Shown piece by piece: positions 22,684 through 34,900 of a stretch of DNA of 64,000 bases. The DNA comes from Prasinococcaceae sp. CCMP 1430 (Eukaryota > Plantae > Prasinodermophyta). Position numbers and translations under genes: made by a program. The first letter of the stretch is position 1. Each line of letters starts with the position of its first letter. The stretch is taken from contig RQSC01001125.1 in assembly GCA_013416795.1 (NCBI GenBank), forward strand, positions 9,892 to 73,891. Direction: 5' to 3'. The notes beneath the pieces were generated by a model. The model had not been told where the DNA came from and made no database searches. It saw only the letters and a list, made by a program, of their open reading frames with translations.

Positions 22684-24003
22684 GATGCCAACATCGAGAT
22701 GTGGAAGATCAAGCGCCTTGTGAAGGCGCTTGAGGCCGCGCGCGGCAACGGCACGTCGATGATCTCGCTCATCATGCCGCCCAAGGACCAGGTGAGCCGC
22801 GTGCAGAAGATGCTTGCCGATGAGATGGGCACGGCCACCAACATCAAAAACCGCGTCAACAGGCAGTCGGTGCTCGGCGCGATCACCTCCGCCCAGCAGC
22901 GCCTCAAGCTCTACAGCAAGGTCCCCCCCAACGGCCTCGTGCTGTACACCGGCACCATCCTCACTGACGAGGGCAAGGAGAAGAAGATCAACATGGACTT
23001 CGAGCCCTTCAAGCCCATCAACACGTCGCTGTACCTGTGCGACAATAAGTTCCACACCGAGGCGCTCTCCGAGCTGCTGCAGGCCGACCAGAAGTACGGC
23101 TTCGTGGTGATGGACGGCAACGGCACGCTCTTCGGCACGCTCTGCGGCAACCACCGCGAGATCCTGCACAAGTTCAGTGTCGAGCTGCCCAAGAAGCACG
23201 GTCGCGGTGGACAGTCGGCGCTGCGTTTCGCGCGCCTGCGCCTCGAGAAGCGCCACAACTACGTCCGCAAGACGGCCGAGCAGTGCACGCAGATGTTCAT
23301 CACGAACGACAAGCCCAACGTGGCGGGCCTCATCCTGGCGGGTAGCGCCGACTTCAAGACCGTGCTCAGTGAGTCCGAGCTCTTCGACCCGCGCCTGAAG
23401 GCCGTTGTGCTCAACATCGTGGATGTGTCGTACGGCGGCGAGAACGGCTTCTCGCAGGCGATCGAGCTCTCCGCGGAGTGCCTGGCCAACGTCAAGTTCA
23501 TCCAGGAGAAGAAGCTGCTGTCGAAGTATTTCGACGAGATTTCGCAGGACACGGGCAAGTACGTCTTCGGCGTGCGCGACACCCTGTGCTGCCTCGAGAT
23601 GGGCGCCGTGGAGACGCTCATCGTGTGGGAGAGCCTCGACGTGACGCGCCACGTGCTGCGCAACTCTGCCACGGGCGAGGAGACGGTGGTGAACCTCTCG
23701 CCCGAGCAGGAGGCCGAGTTCTCGTTCCAGGACAAGGAGACAGGCGTGGACCTCGACAAGGTCGAGTCCAAGCCGCTGCTGGAGTGGTTTGCCGAGGAGT
23801 ACAAGAAGTTCGGCTGCACGCTGGAGTTCGTCACCAACCGCTCGCAGGAGGGGTCCCAGTTTTGCAGGGGCTTCGGCGGCATTGGCGGCACGCTCCGCTA
23901 CCAGGTGGACTGCAGCACGTTCGACGAGGAGCAGTACGAGGCGTACGAGGACGACGCCGACTCGGGCAGCGACGCGTGGGATAGTGATGAGGACTTCATC
24001 TGA
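22684..24003 (+). CDS. eRF1: Eukaryotic peptide chain release factor 1; short 5' exon unresolved
   Basis: [75 protein letters not shown]. Acceptor CAG at 22681-22683. Strong GC3 bias. Confidence 0.98.
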   Translation, partial: DANIEMWKIKRLVKALEAARGNGTSMISLIMPPKDQVSRVQKMLADEMGTATNIKNRVNRQSVLGAITSAQQRLKLYSKVPPNGLVLYTGTILTDEGKEKKINMDFEPFKPINTSLYLCDNKFHTEALSELLQADQKYGFVVMDGNGTLFGTLCGNHREILHKFSVELPKKHGRGGQSALRFARLRLEKRHNYVRKTAEQCTQMFITNDKPNVAGLILAGSADFKTVLSESELFDPRLKAVVLNIVDVSYGGENGFSQAIELSAECLANVKFIQEKKLLSKYFDEISQDTGKYVFGVRDTLCCLEMGAVETLIVWESLDVTRHVLRNSATGEETVVNLSPEQEAEFSFQDKETGVDLDKVESKPLLEWFAEEYKKFGCTLEFVTNRSQEGSQFCRGFGGIGGTLRYQVDCSTFDEEQYEAYEDDADSGSDAWDSDEDFI

Positions 24004-24335
24004 GCTGCATTGTCCACATACATTCACACACACACACACACACACACAAGCCGCCAACGCCACCTCGTGATTAGCGTGGGCGGCGGCAAGGCCTGTGCGC
24101 TCGCGCGCGTCGCCCGCCCAGGCACGCGCGGGTCACATGCCGCACCACATTATAATACTTTCGTGCGAGGCATCGGCGCACACCTGCGTCGTTCAAACCT
24201 GCGCGCGTTCGCGATGTGTCGCGCGTGCGCGCTATGTCTATGCTGTGCCAAATAAAGTAATGGTCGCATCGCACGCGCCACAGGGCACTGCTGGCACGGG
24301 GCCGATGGGAGTGCACCAGAATCGAGCTCGCCGCA

Positions 24336-27300
24336 CTAGGCAGCTATCCCGCCGCCCGCCTCGTCGACAATGCCGAGCTCCACCTTGAACGCCGCAAGCA
24401 TTTTTTGGTACACCTTCTCCTCGGCCTTGATGGTGAGGTCGTCGTCGGTGTTGCTCTTCCCCCCGTCGCCCTCGCCGTCGCCGCCGAGCTCGCTGTCCGT
24501 ATCCGCGCTGGCGTTGACAGCGCCAGAGCCAAGCCCACCCGCCGAGCTCTCCTGCGCCGGTCGTGCGCGTGTTGCCTCGCCTGACCCTCCGTCGCCGCGG
24601 GCTGACAGCAGCTCTGCGAAGTACTCCACGCGTGCCTCCTCGCGGCTGAGGAAAGCCGCCATGGTCGCCTGCTCGCCTGCCACCGGCCGGCGCAGACTAC
24701 GGGGCATCTCAACGATGTGCAGCACGCCGCTCTCGTCACCAGCCGCGAGCAACTGCGGCGTGGCCTGCGACGAGAATTCCAGAGAAGTGACGGCGCTGCT
24801 CGCAACGGTCGCCACCATCGAGGGCTCGTGAGAGCGGTCGAGGAGGTCCCACGCCTCTAGCAGGCCGTCGGCGCGAGCGACAAAGAGCACACCGGGCCGA
24901 CTGGGCGACCAGCAGCCTGATGTGAGGTACGTGGCCGCCGAAGCGCTCGAGAAGATGGGGCTGCTCTTGCCCTCGCGCCACACACGGAACGAAAAGTCCG
25001 CCACGGTCATCACCACATCCGAGAAGAACGGCGAGCGGGCCACGGTCTTGACTGGCCCACAGTGCGCGTCGTTGCTCCAAAGCATCGTGCCGTTTCCGCC
25101 TGGCGACGCAGGAACGCCATCCGCGCCCGCGCCTCCCGGCGCCCCCCCCACTGCTCCATCCCCCGCGTCGCCAGCCCCCGCACCCCCGCCCCCGCCGCCG
25201 GACTTGTCGAACGAGGCGAATACTACGTCGCCATCCTCAGACGCGCAGAAGAATCGCGCCGGGGCCGCCGAACCGGGTGCGGCTAGGCAGAGCTTGAGCG
25301 CACCCAGGTCGCCCGCGCCATCAAGCCTGGCGAGGGGCGTGACGTGCGCGGGCACCCACTGGGGCTCGCCCTTTTTGCCCGAGCTACTGATCGACAGCTG
25401 CCCCTTCGCGCGGTAGTCCCAGAAGCACAGCCGCCCGTCGGCTGCGATTGTCGCAAAGAAGCTCGTGTCAGCGCTGCTACCCGACCGCAGGTGTCCGCCC
25501 CTGGCAATCCCCATATCCGCAGGTAGCCACTCGAGCCCGGTGATGGCCATCTTGTGCGAGGCCTCGACGGCGCTCAGCCGGCTGGTGGACACCACGGAGA
25601 CGCCCGCAGCCGCGCCCTCGTGATCGGCATCCGCAGCTGCCAGCGCGTCCTGCGTGCGCGAGCGATCTGTATTGCGTCTCTCCACCTTGCGCGTGTCCCA
25701 CAGCGCCACCTGGCCGTTGTACATGCCGCCGGCGACGATCTCGGGCCGCCGCGGGTTGAAGCGGAATGCCATGACGTCCGCGGGCGACTCGAGCACAAGC
25801 TGCGGGTGGATTGGGTCCACGAAGTTCCAAACGAGCACGGTTGCAGTGCCGACGGCGCCGGCGTTCTCGAGACGCTCGTCGAAGCTCTGGCGCGCGGCGC
25901 ACGCCACGCCCACCGCGCCGTGCTCTCCAGGCATCCAATCGACAGCGCTCACCACCTTCGACTTCGAGTACGTCAGGTGTGTGAACGACTGGAACTCTGA
26001 GATGACATTCTCGAGCCTGTTGCCCGGCGCGCTATCTTCATCGGCGAGTGCCGCAAGGTCGTCTAAGAAGAGATCTGCCACCTCGTTTTGCTGCAGTGCG
26101 TGGCCCATCCGCGACGTCACGCTCTCCAGGAAGGACGCAAGGGCTGGCGCGCCGACGGCGGCCTTGCGCTCGGCTTTGGTGAATTGCAAGGGCTCCGACT
26201 GCGTTGCCCCGTTGCGAGGCCGCCCGGGCGCCGCCTGCACGCCCGCATCGGCCGTCGGCATGACACCCTGGCACCCAACCTCCATCTCTGCTCGGCGAAG
26301 CTCAAAGTTGGGGTCCTTGTGTGGGCGGCACTCCATCTGACCGCTCGACCAGAGCTCCTCCGCGTCGCGATCGGCGAGCTTCAGGCGCTCGCCGAAGCCG
26401 CGGCGGGGGCGCGAAAAGGCCATGCGCACACGCCCGCGCAGCGGGTGCACCGCGCGCTCCGCCAGCTCCGCAGCAGACCCCAGCTCCATCCACGGCTTGG
26501 CCTTGGGTCGCCCGCGGTTTGCTTTGCGCTCGGCCTTCTCCCGCGCGATGCGCTCGATGTCCTCCTGCTCGCGGCGCTTCTCTTCCTCGTATGCCTCGCG
26601 CTGCGCCTCGACGTCCGCCATGAGTTGGGCCTGCACCTCGGCGCTGACCACGAGAATCCAGTTGTTGCCGTCGCCAAATTTGTCGTTCGGATTGTACAGC
26701 ATGGCGAGCTCGTCCCCTTCGACGGCCTCGATCTTTTTCTTCGAATTGGCGAAGTCGGAGATGGCGCCGCGGAACTGGATGTCGTCGAGCACCTTCTGCT
26801 TGTCCAGCAAAAACAGCACGCCAACCTCGGCGGCCTCCTCGTCCACCTCGACGATCTTGAGCGTCGCAGCCGTGAGAAAAACCGACTCGACCCCCTGGGG
26901 GACATCGTTGGCCGAGCCCTCGCCGAAGATGGCGTCCTCGTCGATCTTAAACACGGGCTCGGGCTCGGGCTCTGGTTCCGCGGCCTCCTCGGCGTTCACG
27001 GCCTCGGTGACCTCGGCCGCAGCGGCCGCCTCGGGGTTCGCGATCAGCTGCATGTGCGAGCGCAGCGTTTCAATGGCGCCCGCCGTGGAGCAGATGATGA
27101 AGTTGTTGCCGTCACCGAACTTGTCGTTCTCATTCACAAGCAGGGGTACCGACTCATACCCATCGAGCGACTTGAGCCCGTCCTTGGCGCAGTCGAAGTC
27201 CGATATCGCGCCGCGAAACTTGAGGTCGTCGAGCATCTTGGCGAGCGACACGAACACAGGTGTGCCGACGTCGCAGTCGACGGGATCTACGTCGACGATG

Positions 27301-27953
27301 CCGAGAGTGGTGCCAGAGAGGAACGCGGACACGAACCCTTCGGGCACGGGGTTGCCATTGCCCTCGCCGAAGAGCTGCACGCATGGGTTCGAGGTGGGCC
27401 GGGGGTGGGGTGGGGTGGGGGGGGTACCACGCGCGCGTCAGCACTCGAGTAGTCGAGCAGCCAGCGGAGCGCGTGGAAAGAGAGCCAGAGGAGCTGCAAC
27501 ATCTGCCGCGAAGGCACCCCGCTGGCTCGTTTGCCGCACGCGCGTGCAGGCGCGCGCAGGACGCCGCAGCATGCGCCGCGCATGGCGCGCGGTGTCGCGC
27601 CGCGTGCCCCGCGCTGCCTCCCGTTGCCGGTGCCGCCGTCACTGTAGCGTGCGCACCTTGTCCTCGTCGTACTCAACGTCGGGCCACGCAGCCGCGAGTG
27701 CATCGGCGCCCTCCCCTTCCCTGTCGGCCTCAGCGGCGCCCTCCGCCGCGGGCGTGACCCCAGCATCCGCATCGCCTCCCCCCTCGTTGCCGCTGTCGGC
27801 GACAGCCTCTGCGTTCTCCGCGACGGGCGCCGCGCTGCCGTCGGCCCCGCCGGCGTCGGCGCCGTTCGACGCCTGCTCGGCAGGCTCTGCGACCTTCTCC
27901 GCGGCTGAAGGCTCCGCCTCCGCGGGCGGGGCCGCTGTTTCACCCTCCGCCAT
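24336..27953 (-). CDS. DNAI3: Axonemal inner-arm I1/f dynein intermediate chain (IC140/WDR63/DNAI3-like)
   Basis: Acidic N-terminal exon (ATG 27953), intron 27375-27656, duplicated FGEG..VP.G...FL module, LQQNEVADLF, WNFVDPIHPQLVLESP, GGMYNGQVALWD, RSPFFSDVVMTVADFSFRVW, WSPSRPGV, WDLLDRSHEPS, GDESGVLHIVEMP. Confidence 0.88.
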
Positions 27954-28144
27954 CGCGTGCCCCCACGCCTGCCCCCCGACGCTCACCGCGCAAGCACTTC
28001 GAACGCGCGGGGGAGCACGCGCGCTCCGATCGGACACGGTCCCCTCCCCCCAGCCCCCGTGCCCCCTCGCGCACGCGCGCGCGCGCTCCGGGCCTCTCGG
28101 GCCTCGGCACGCGCGCCGAGCGCGCGGCTCGGCGCGCGTGTGGC

Positions 28145-28146
<2 letters not shown>

Positions 28147-28196
<50 letters not shown>
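28147..28196. repeat. Poly-C homopolymer (about 50 nt)
   Basis: Uninterrupted C run in the divergent spacer between IC140 and the Cys-rich gene. Confidence 0.95.
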
Positions 28197-28995
28197 ACGC
28201 CATCTCCACCCCGACCCCCGCGCGCGCGCGTCCGCCGAGCGCGGCCACAGCACCGCCCCAAACCCAGCCACAGCCACGACCGCCGAGGACCGGACCCGGT
28301 ATTCACCGGGCAGACCCGGCTGAGCACCCCATCTCCCGAGAACGACCCCGGATCACCGCCGGCCGTCCCCGGCGTCCGAATGCGGCGCTGCGCGCGCCGC
28401 GCCGCGCGGCCCCTGTCCCGAAATGGAAATGCCATCCGCAGAATTCCACACTCATGAGGGATTTGGATTTGATACGTACCATCAGGATATGTAGTACAAA
28501 CGACGGAATCCAAATGGCGCTGGCTCTTTGCAAAAAATGCATCTGTTTTGACGTGCGTGTGCGCGTAGCGCGCGCGCGACGCGCCCGTCCTTCCCGCGCC
28601 CAGGAACGCGCATGCGTTTTGACTGCAGGCGACCGGCCGTTCCCCGACCGACGGGCGCGCGCGCGACGCGCCGCGCGAGCCATCGACTCGAGCCGCGCTG
28701 GGGCACACACCGCCGGCCCGCCCGCCCGCCCGTATCTTGCTGGCCGGAGCCCAGGCATTACTCAGTCCCGTCCGTTTCTCACGTCAGGCGGGCCGGGCCA
28801 ACCAACCGCCCGGCGCCCCTCGCTCCAACGACCCAGGGAGAATCTAGCTCAGATCCCAAGGAGGTGGGGGTGGCCCCACAGAGCGCGCCCGCGCGCTCGC
28901 GGGGTGTGGGCGCACGCGCGCGCGGGGGGGGGGGGGGCTGAAGGCAACAGCGACACGGCGCCCGGCTGCCCGCGACCGGGGTGGAGTCGCGAGCG

Positions 28996-31900
28996 ATGCG
29001 CGCGCCGGCGCGGGCGGCGCAGCTCGCCGCGGCGTGGCTGCTCGCACTCGCGGCGGCGGCGGGGGCGCAGGTCCTCCCCGAGATTGGAGCGAGCGGCTCA
29101 AACTCAACCGCTGGCGGCAGCGACAGCCCCTGCGCACGCGCGTACGAGTACGTGCCGCGCGGATGCATGCGCTACCGCACGAGCGCGCGCTGCGAGCGGC
29201 GCTCCTAGCGCCCGCGCGCCTACCCCTCGGTCGCCCGCGACTGCGCGCGCACTCCCTGACGCAGCAGCGGCGCCGCGCTCCCGCTGCGCGCGCGAACGCA
29301 GGCTTGGCGCCACATTCGGCTCAGCGTGCCCCAAGGACTGCTCGTACGACGTGGGCGAGAGCGGCTCCGGCCCCGAGTGTAAAAGGTATCAGCCCGAGTA
29401 CGGCGTCAGGTGCACCGCGACGCGCTCGCAAAGCGACGACTGCCTCGCGGTGCTCCAGGAGATCCTTGGCGACGACGACGCCAAAGCATGCCTGGCCGCC
29501 GACCTTTCCATCAGCGAGAAGGAGCTCGTCAACGGCGTGGAGTACATCGCGGGACGGTGTGCTCTCGTCAGCGACGACGCCGAAGAAGGCCCCGATGCTT
29601 GCGCAGCCAGCTTAACCGGCCCGTGGCAAGACTTTTCGAACAACTGCCCGAAGGTGCGCAGAGACGCCCGAGGACGAGGCTTCCAGAGGGCGCCAGTCTG
29701 CCCAGGCGCGGGATGGTCGGCGTCACGCGCGCGCGCGCGCGCGCGCCCGTCGCCCGAACGCGAGCGCAAACTCTCACGCGCGCCCCCTGGCCTCGCCTGC
29801 TGACCCCCTCACCGACCCACAAACGCCCCCCCTGCCTGTCATGCTCACTCGTGCAGGACTGTACAAATGATCCCAGCGAATACGGTCGCTACCGCGCCTG
29901 CGAAAGCGAGGAGGAGCAAGAGTACGGTAATGCGTGCTCGGAGCCTTCGCTCAACTGCGTTGGGACCCTAGACGCACTCACCGCGGAAGACTTCGCGTGT
30001 TTTGCGCAGGCGTACCTTGGCAATGCCATCGCCGGAGAGGACCTGCAAGGCATCTTCCTTCTGTACCTACGCCCCGCCTGCGCAGGCGCAGCCACAGGCG
30101 AGTGTGCCGCGTCGAACGCGCGCTGGGCGCGCTGGCCGCAGATGTGCCCCCAAGACTGTGCCGACTGGTGAGAGGCGCGCCTCCGCGGAGCGATGCGGCA
30201 ACGCGCGAGCGAGCGTTGGCGCGCTGAGCGCGCGAGCGCTCGCAGCGAGCTCGTCGCAACATTTGCGCGCGCAAACGCGCGCCGCGCTGCGGGTATCGGT
30301 GCTGACTGCGCGCACCACGCCAGCTCGGAGGACCCAGACTCCGAAATGCGCTGCTGCGAGAGGGGTGAGGAAGAGTATGGACACGCCTGTCGCGAGAGTG
30401 AATGCGCGGCATACCTCTCCTCGTTCACTCACGAGGACTTGGAGTGCCACCCCTCAGTGATCACCGGCGATCTTCCGATCGACTCGCTGGTGGAATATAT
30501 GGGGCAGTTCGCATCTGTGTGCTCGCCGGGTGCGTCAGAGTGTCACGAAGCGCCCAACTACTTCCAAGAGGTAGACGAAGCGTGCGAGCGCGACTGCACT
30601 ACGGATGATGACGACCGTGACTTGCCGCAATGCGAGCGCGGGCAATACGAGCGTGGCAAGAAGTGTGCCGGGGACAAGAAGGTGCGCCCGCGCGTTCGTG
30701 CGGGGCGGCGCGGGCCTGCGGATACCCGGGCGATCGGGCGCGCCGCGCGCGAGCGCGCTTCGTTCGCTCGCAATACGCTGCTCACGCGCGCGTTTGTGCT
30801 GCGGTCTCACAGTGCTCCAGGGCCTTCGAAAAGGCATTCACCGAGGAGGCTGCGACGTGCTTCATCGAGGCGGCTCAGGGACGCCAGACGGCCGCCATCG
30901 AGTTTATGGTCAATGTTGTCGGCCCCACACTAGGTGCGCAGGGCGCAGGGCGAAAGGCGTAGGCGTCCTCTGCGCGTGCGTGCGTGCGCACGGGCGGGCG
31001 GGCGCGCGCGCGCGCGTGGCCGCGTCTTCACCTTTGCACTCGCGCGGGTTTCTCTGACCCCAGCGAGCGCTGCAGGGTGTGACGCCGACTTTGATTGCGA
31101 CGTGGACGATCTATCCTGCATCGCGGATGAGGAGTGCGGTGAGTCATTCCAGGCGGTTACCGTTGACAATTACTGCGAGGACATCGAGTCCTTGTTGACA
31201 GGCCCGTGCCTCAAGAGTTGCAACAAGTGCGTGAAAAAGTACGTGATTGAACGCTTCCAGAAATCGGTGTGCGGCGATCGCAGGTCTGGCCCGGCCGACC
31301 TGACAGGCGAGCCGGCCGAGGCATCGTGCTCGACCAAGACGCTCTATCAGTGTGGCCTGGACTCGAGCTGCTTCTTTTCGCAACCGCTGCGGCGCTGCTT
31401 CGACAAGCCCAGCGGCTGCGTGGGACTGGACCAGGCGGCGTGCGGCGCCGCGGCCTCCATGGGCTGCTTCTTTGATCCCGATTCCGCGCTGTGCCTCAGC
31501 TTCTCTCCGGCTGAAGCCGGGTGTCGCGCTGTGGAATCACTATTCAGCGCATGCCCCGCCGATTGCACCAACGACTACGAGGGCGTGACTCCGTGGCTGC
31601 CGCTCTGTGACGGGGCGCCGCAATACGGGCGTCTCTGCAGCACGAGCAGCATGTGCGCGGATGCCATCCGCGACGCCGACCCCGAGTTGCTGGGGGCGGC
31701 GCTGCGCGAGCCGTCTGACGAGTCGCCTGAATCCTTTTGGAGTTGGTCGCTGTTGGAGCTGCTCTATCAGTGTCAATCCGAAGCCGCGGAGGACTTCCCG
31801 TTCTATCCAATGTGTGGTGACTCCTGCGACTTCGACATATCCCAGGACGTCTGCGACGGCGTGGAGGACTTCTTCCGCAGCCGCGACTGTCTCGATTCTT

Positions 31901-34900
31901 GCAGCCCCTTGCAGGTACAGGCCCTTGAACGCGCCAACGTGAAGTTGGGCTGCCGCAAGAATGAGCGCGACTTCAGCGATCACGAGGCCACCGGCGCATG
32001 TGGAGGCATAGGCAGCAACGACGAGTGCGACGACGACGACGAGTGCATGTGGTCGGCTAGTGCACAGCGCTGCCTCGACCGCGAAGACCACCTCGAATGC
32101 CACCACTTCTCGGCTCAGAGCTGCCCCGTGGGCGACGAGGAGGAGCGCAGGACATTTGCTCTCTCAGAGGACGTACAAGTGTGCCGCGAAGTCCAGCACA
32201 GGTGCCAGCATCATGCCACGCGCGCCGAGTGCGATGCGGACGACGACCTTTGCGTGTGGTATAGCCTCAACGAAAGTGCGTACGGCACGTGCGACAAGCC
32301 CGCCGACGACTGTTACGAGTATCGCACCGCAGACTCGTGCACCGAGACCTATCACGCAGAATGCAAGTGGAATGCAGCGGTGGGTGGAGGAGGCGCGTGC
32401 GAGAGGATGCCGGAAGGCTGCGCGCGCTTCAGCGGGCGCGATGAGTGCGAGAGCGACGAGGCGCGCACCGAATTTGGGTGCATATATGACTCCGCCCAGG
32501 CGAGGTGCATGGACCCACCGAACTCGTGCTACGAAATCACCTCAGAGAGCACTTGCGCTGCGGTGTTTGACTTGTACTCGGAGGGCGTCCTGGATGATGA
32601 GACCTTCAAGGGCGGCTGCAAATGGACCAATGCGGATGGGTACTCGTACTGTGGGTACCCGTGCAATTGCTGCAACGACCATGGCAGCGATCGATACACG
32701 TGCTCTGCCGATCCCCAATGCTACTTCGTTGAGGAGGGAGAGGAGCAGTCGTGTAGGGAGCTACCATCAAGCTGTTGGGAAGTGGGATCAGAGACACACT
32801 GCCGCGCTCCGTGCTTGTGGCATGACGACCGCTGCCAGAACCCTCCCGAAATGAGCTGTGGGGAAATCAAAGACACTTTTGGCGCGGAGGCGTGCGAGGC
32901 TTTTGACGACTACAAGAAGTGCGTGTTGCTGGAGGACGGCGCATGTGAGGAAGCCTCGTGCAGCTCGTACACGAACGCCTTCCAGTGCGACACGCGATCC
33001 AATGGCCAGTGCCGCTGGGACGGCCCGCACGGCTCCGGCAAGTGCCGCAAGTACATGGGTTGGTGCGATGGGTACAATCAGGACTACATGGCGGGGGAGA
33101 CGGAGGATTCGCGAAGAGAGGACTGCGAGGCGACGCGCAATTTCTTCTACGAGTGGAGCAAGCCCTGTACTTGGAGAGACGGACGGTGCGCTGATACGGT
33201 GGACGAGCAGGTCCACATCTGCAAAGGCGAGGAGTCTGGGCGGGTGCGTTTCACACGCGCGCGTGGTGCAACCGAGCGAGTATGCGTACTACTCATTCGG
33301 TCGCTCTGCCCGCCGCGTCCGCCCGCAAGTCTCGCTGCGCGCCGGCGCGCCAGCCCGCTGCGCTCGTGCTGACGCGCCGTCGCCGGATGCGTGCGCGCGG
33401 CCGCGCCCGTGGGCGCTACGGGTGCCGTTTTGGCTGGTTTCCATCACCGGCGCCGACGCCGCCTCACCCCGCATCCCCCCCCCCCTCCCCCCCCCCTCCC
33501 TCGACACCCCCGTCGACGACGTCATGCCGCATGGACAAGGCCTGCACTGGCGTCAGCCACTGCGAGTGGGTTCCAGGCTCCGAGGACTATGAAGGCATGG
33601 TCTGCCGCCCCAAGTCCTGCCGCGAGGCCACTGACGCGGACGCTTGCAACATGCTGTCCGAGGCCATGCCCTGGTGCTACTGGGAGCCCGAGGAGGGCGT
33701 GTGCGTCACGCAAGCGCGGGAGTGCGTCGACCTCTCTGGCGACCCGCTCGCTTGCGAGTTGGACGGGCGCTGCAAATACCGCCCCGCAAGCGAGCTCGGC
33801 GTGGTGGGTGGTGCCCACGGAACGTGCGAAAACAAATGGGATAGTTGCAGGCCTTTCGCAGGGCGCGACGAGATGTGTGGGAACGGGGAGTTGTTTGGCT
33901 TCAAGCAATGCAAGACCAGTCCGGTGGGTGGCACGGGCAACATCGTGCGATGCGACGAGTCGAGGCCAGACGACTGCGGCTCGTTCTCGGACGCGGATAG
34001 CTGTGCTGATGCGAACGCTTGGCGTTCAGGCTGGGATTCGCGGAGGTGCGTGTGGCGCCCCCGCCTCGGTGGTGACGGCGGCGCCTGCATTGACACAGAT
34101 GAGAACGACAAGTGCGCGGCGGCGACGACCGAGGAGTCCTGCGAGAACACAATGGATCAAGCTGGGGAGATCTGCCACTGGGCAACGCCCGAGTACTTCG
34201 AACCGATGTGCATTTCGCGCCCTTGGAGCTGCTGGGACGTGATCGACCAGAAGGGATGCGCAGCAGACATGACAATAAGTGGGAACGAGTGCATGATGTA
34301 CACGGAGAAAAAAGAGTGGGCAAGTGGCGACAATATCTGCCAAGACTTCAGCTGCCACGAGCTTGCCAACGATCGATGCGAGGGCGTTCTGGGTGGAGCA
34401 CGTTGCATGGTGAACGACTGGGGAGGGTGCGAGGATTGGAAGTGCGATCGATTCGGCGACAGCGAGGACGAGTGCGCTGCCGCTGGTGGCGGGGGGTTGT
34501 GCCTCATGCATCCGGAGCGCAGGGAGTGCTTGCCCGCGCCGTGCTCGTCGTTCGACTCGCAGGACACATGCGAGGACGACAGGGGCGGCTCGCGCAAAGC
34601 GAGGTGTGGCTGGCTGGATGGCACATGCATAGAGATGCTTGGCCACTGCGGCGAATACGACCACCACAACGCTGATATGGGGAGACCTTCCCAGGACGCC
34701 TGCATGTGGCACGAAGGCGGAGGCCACTGCAGGGTCCGTCGCTGGGGCTGGGATTCCCATGCAACCAGCTGCACCGAGGTGGACGACGAATGCGCGGAGA
34801 TTTCAGATGCGGGCGAATGCGAGGACGAAGGCTGCGCCTGGCACTCCATCCGGCTCCCCGGCGGCGGCGAGGCACACGCGTGCTTCGAAGGCGGGTATTG

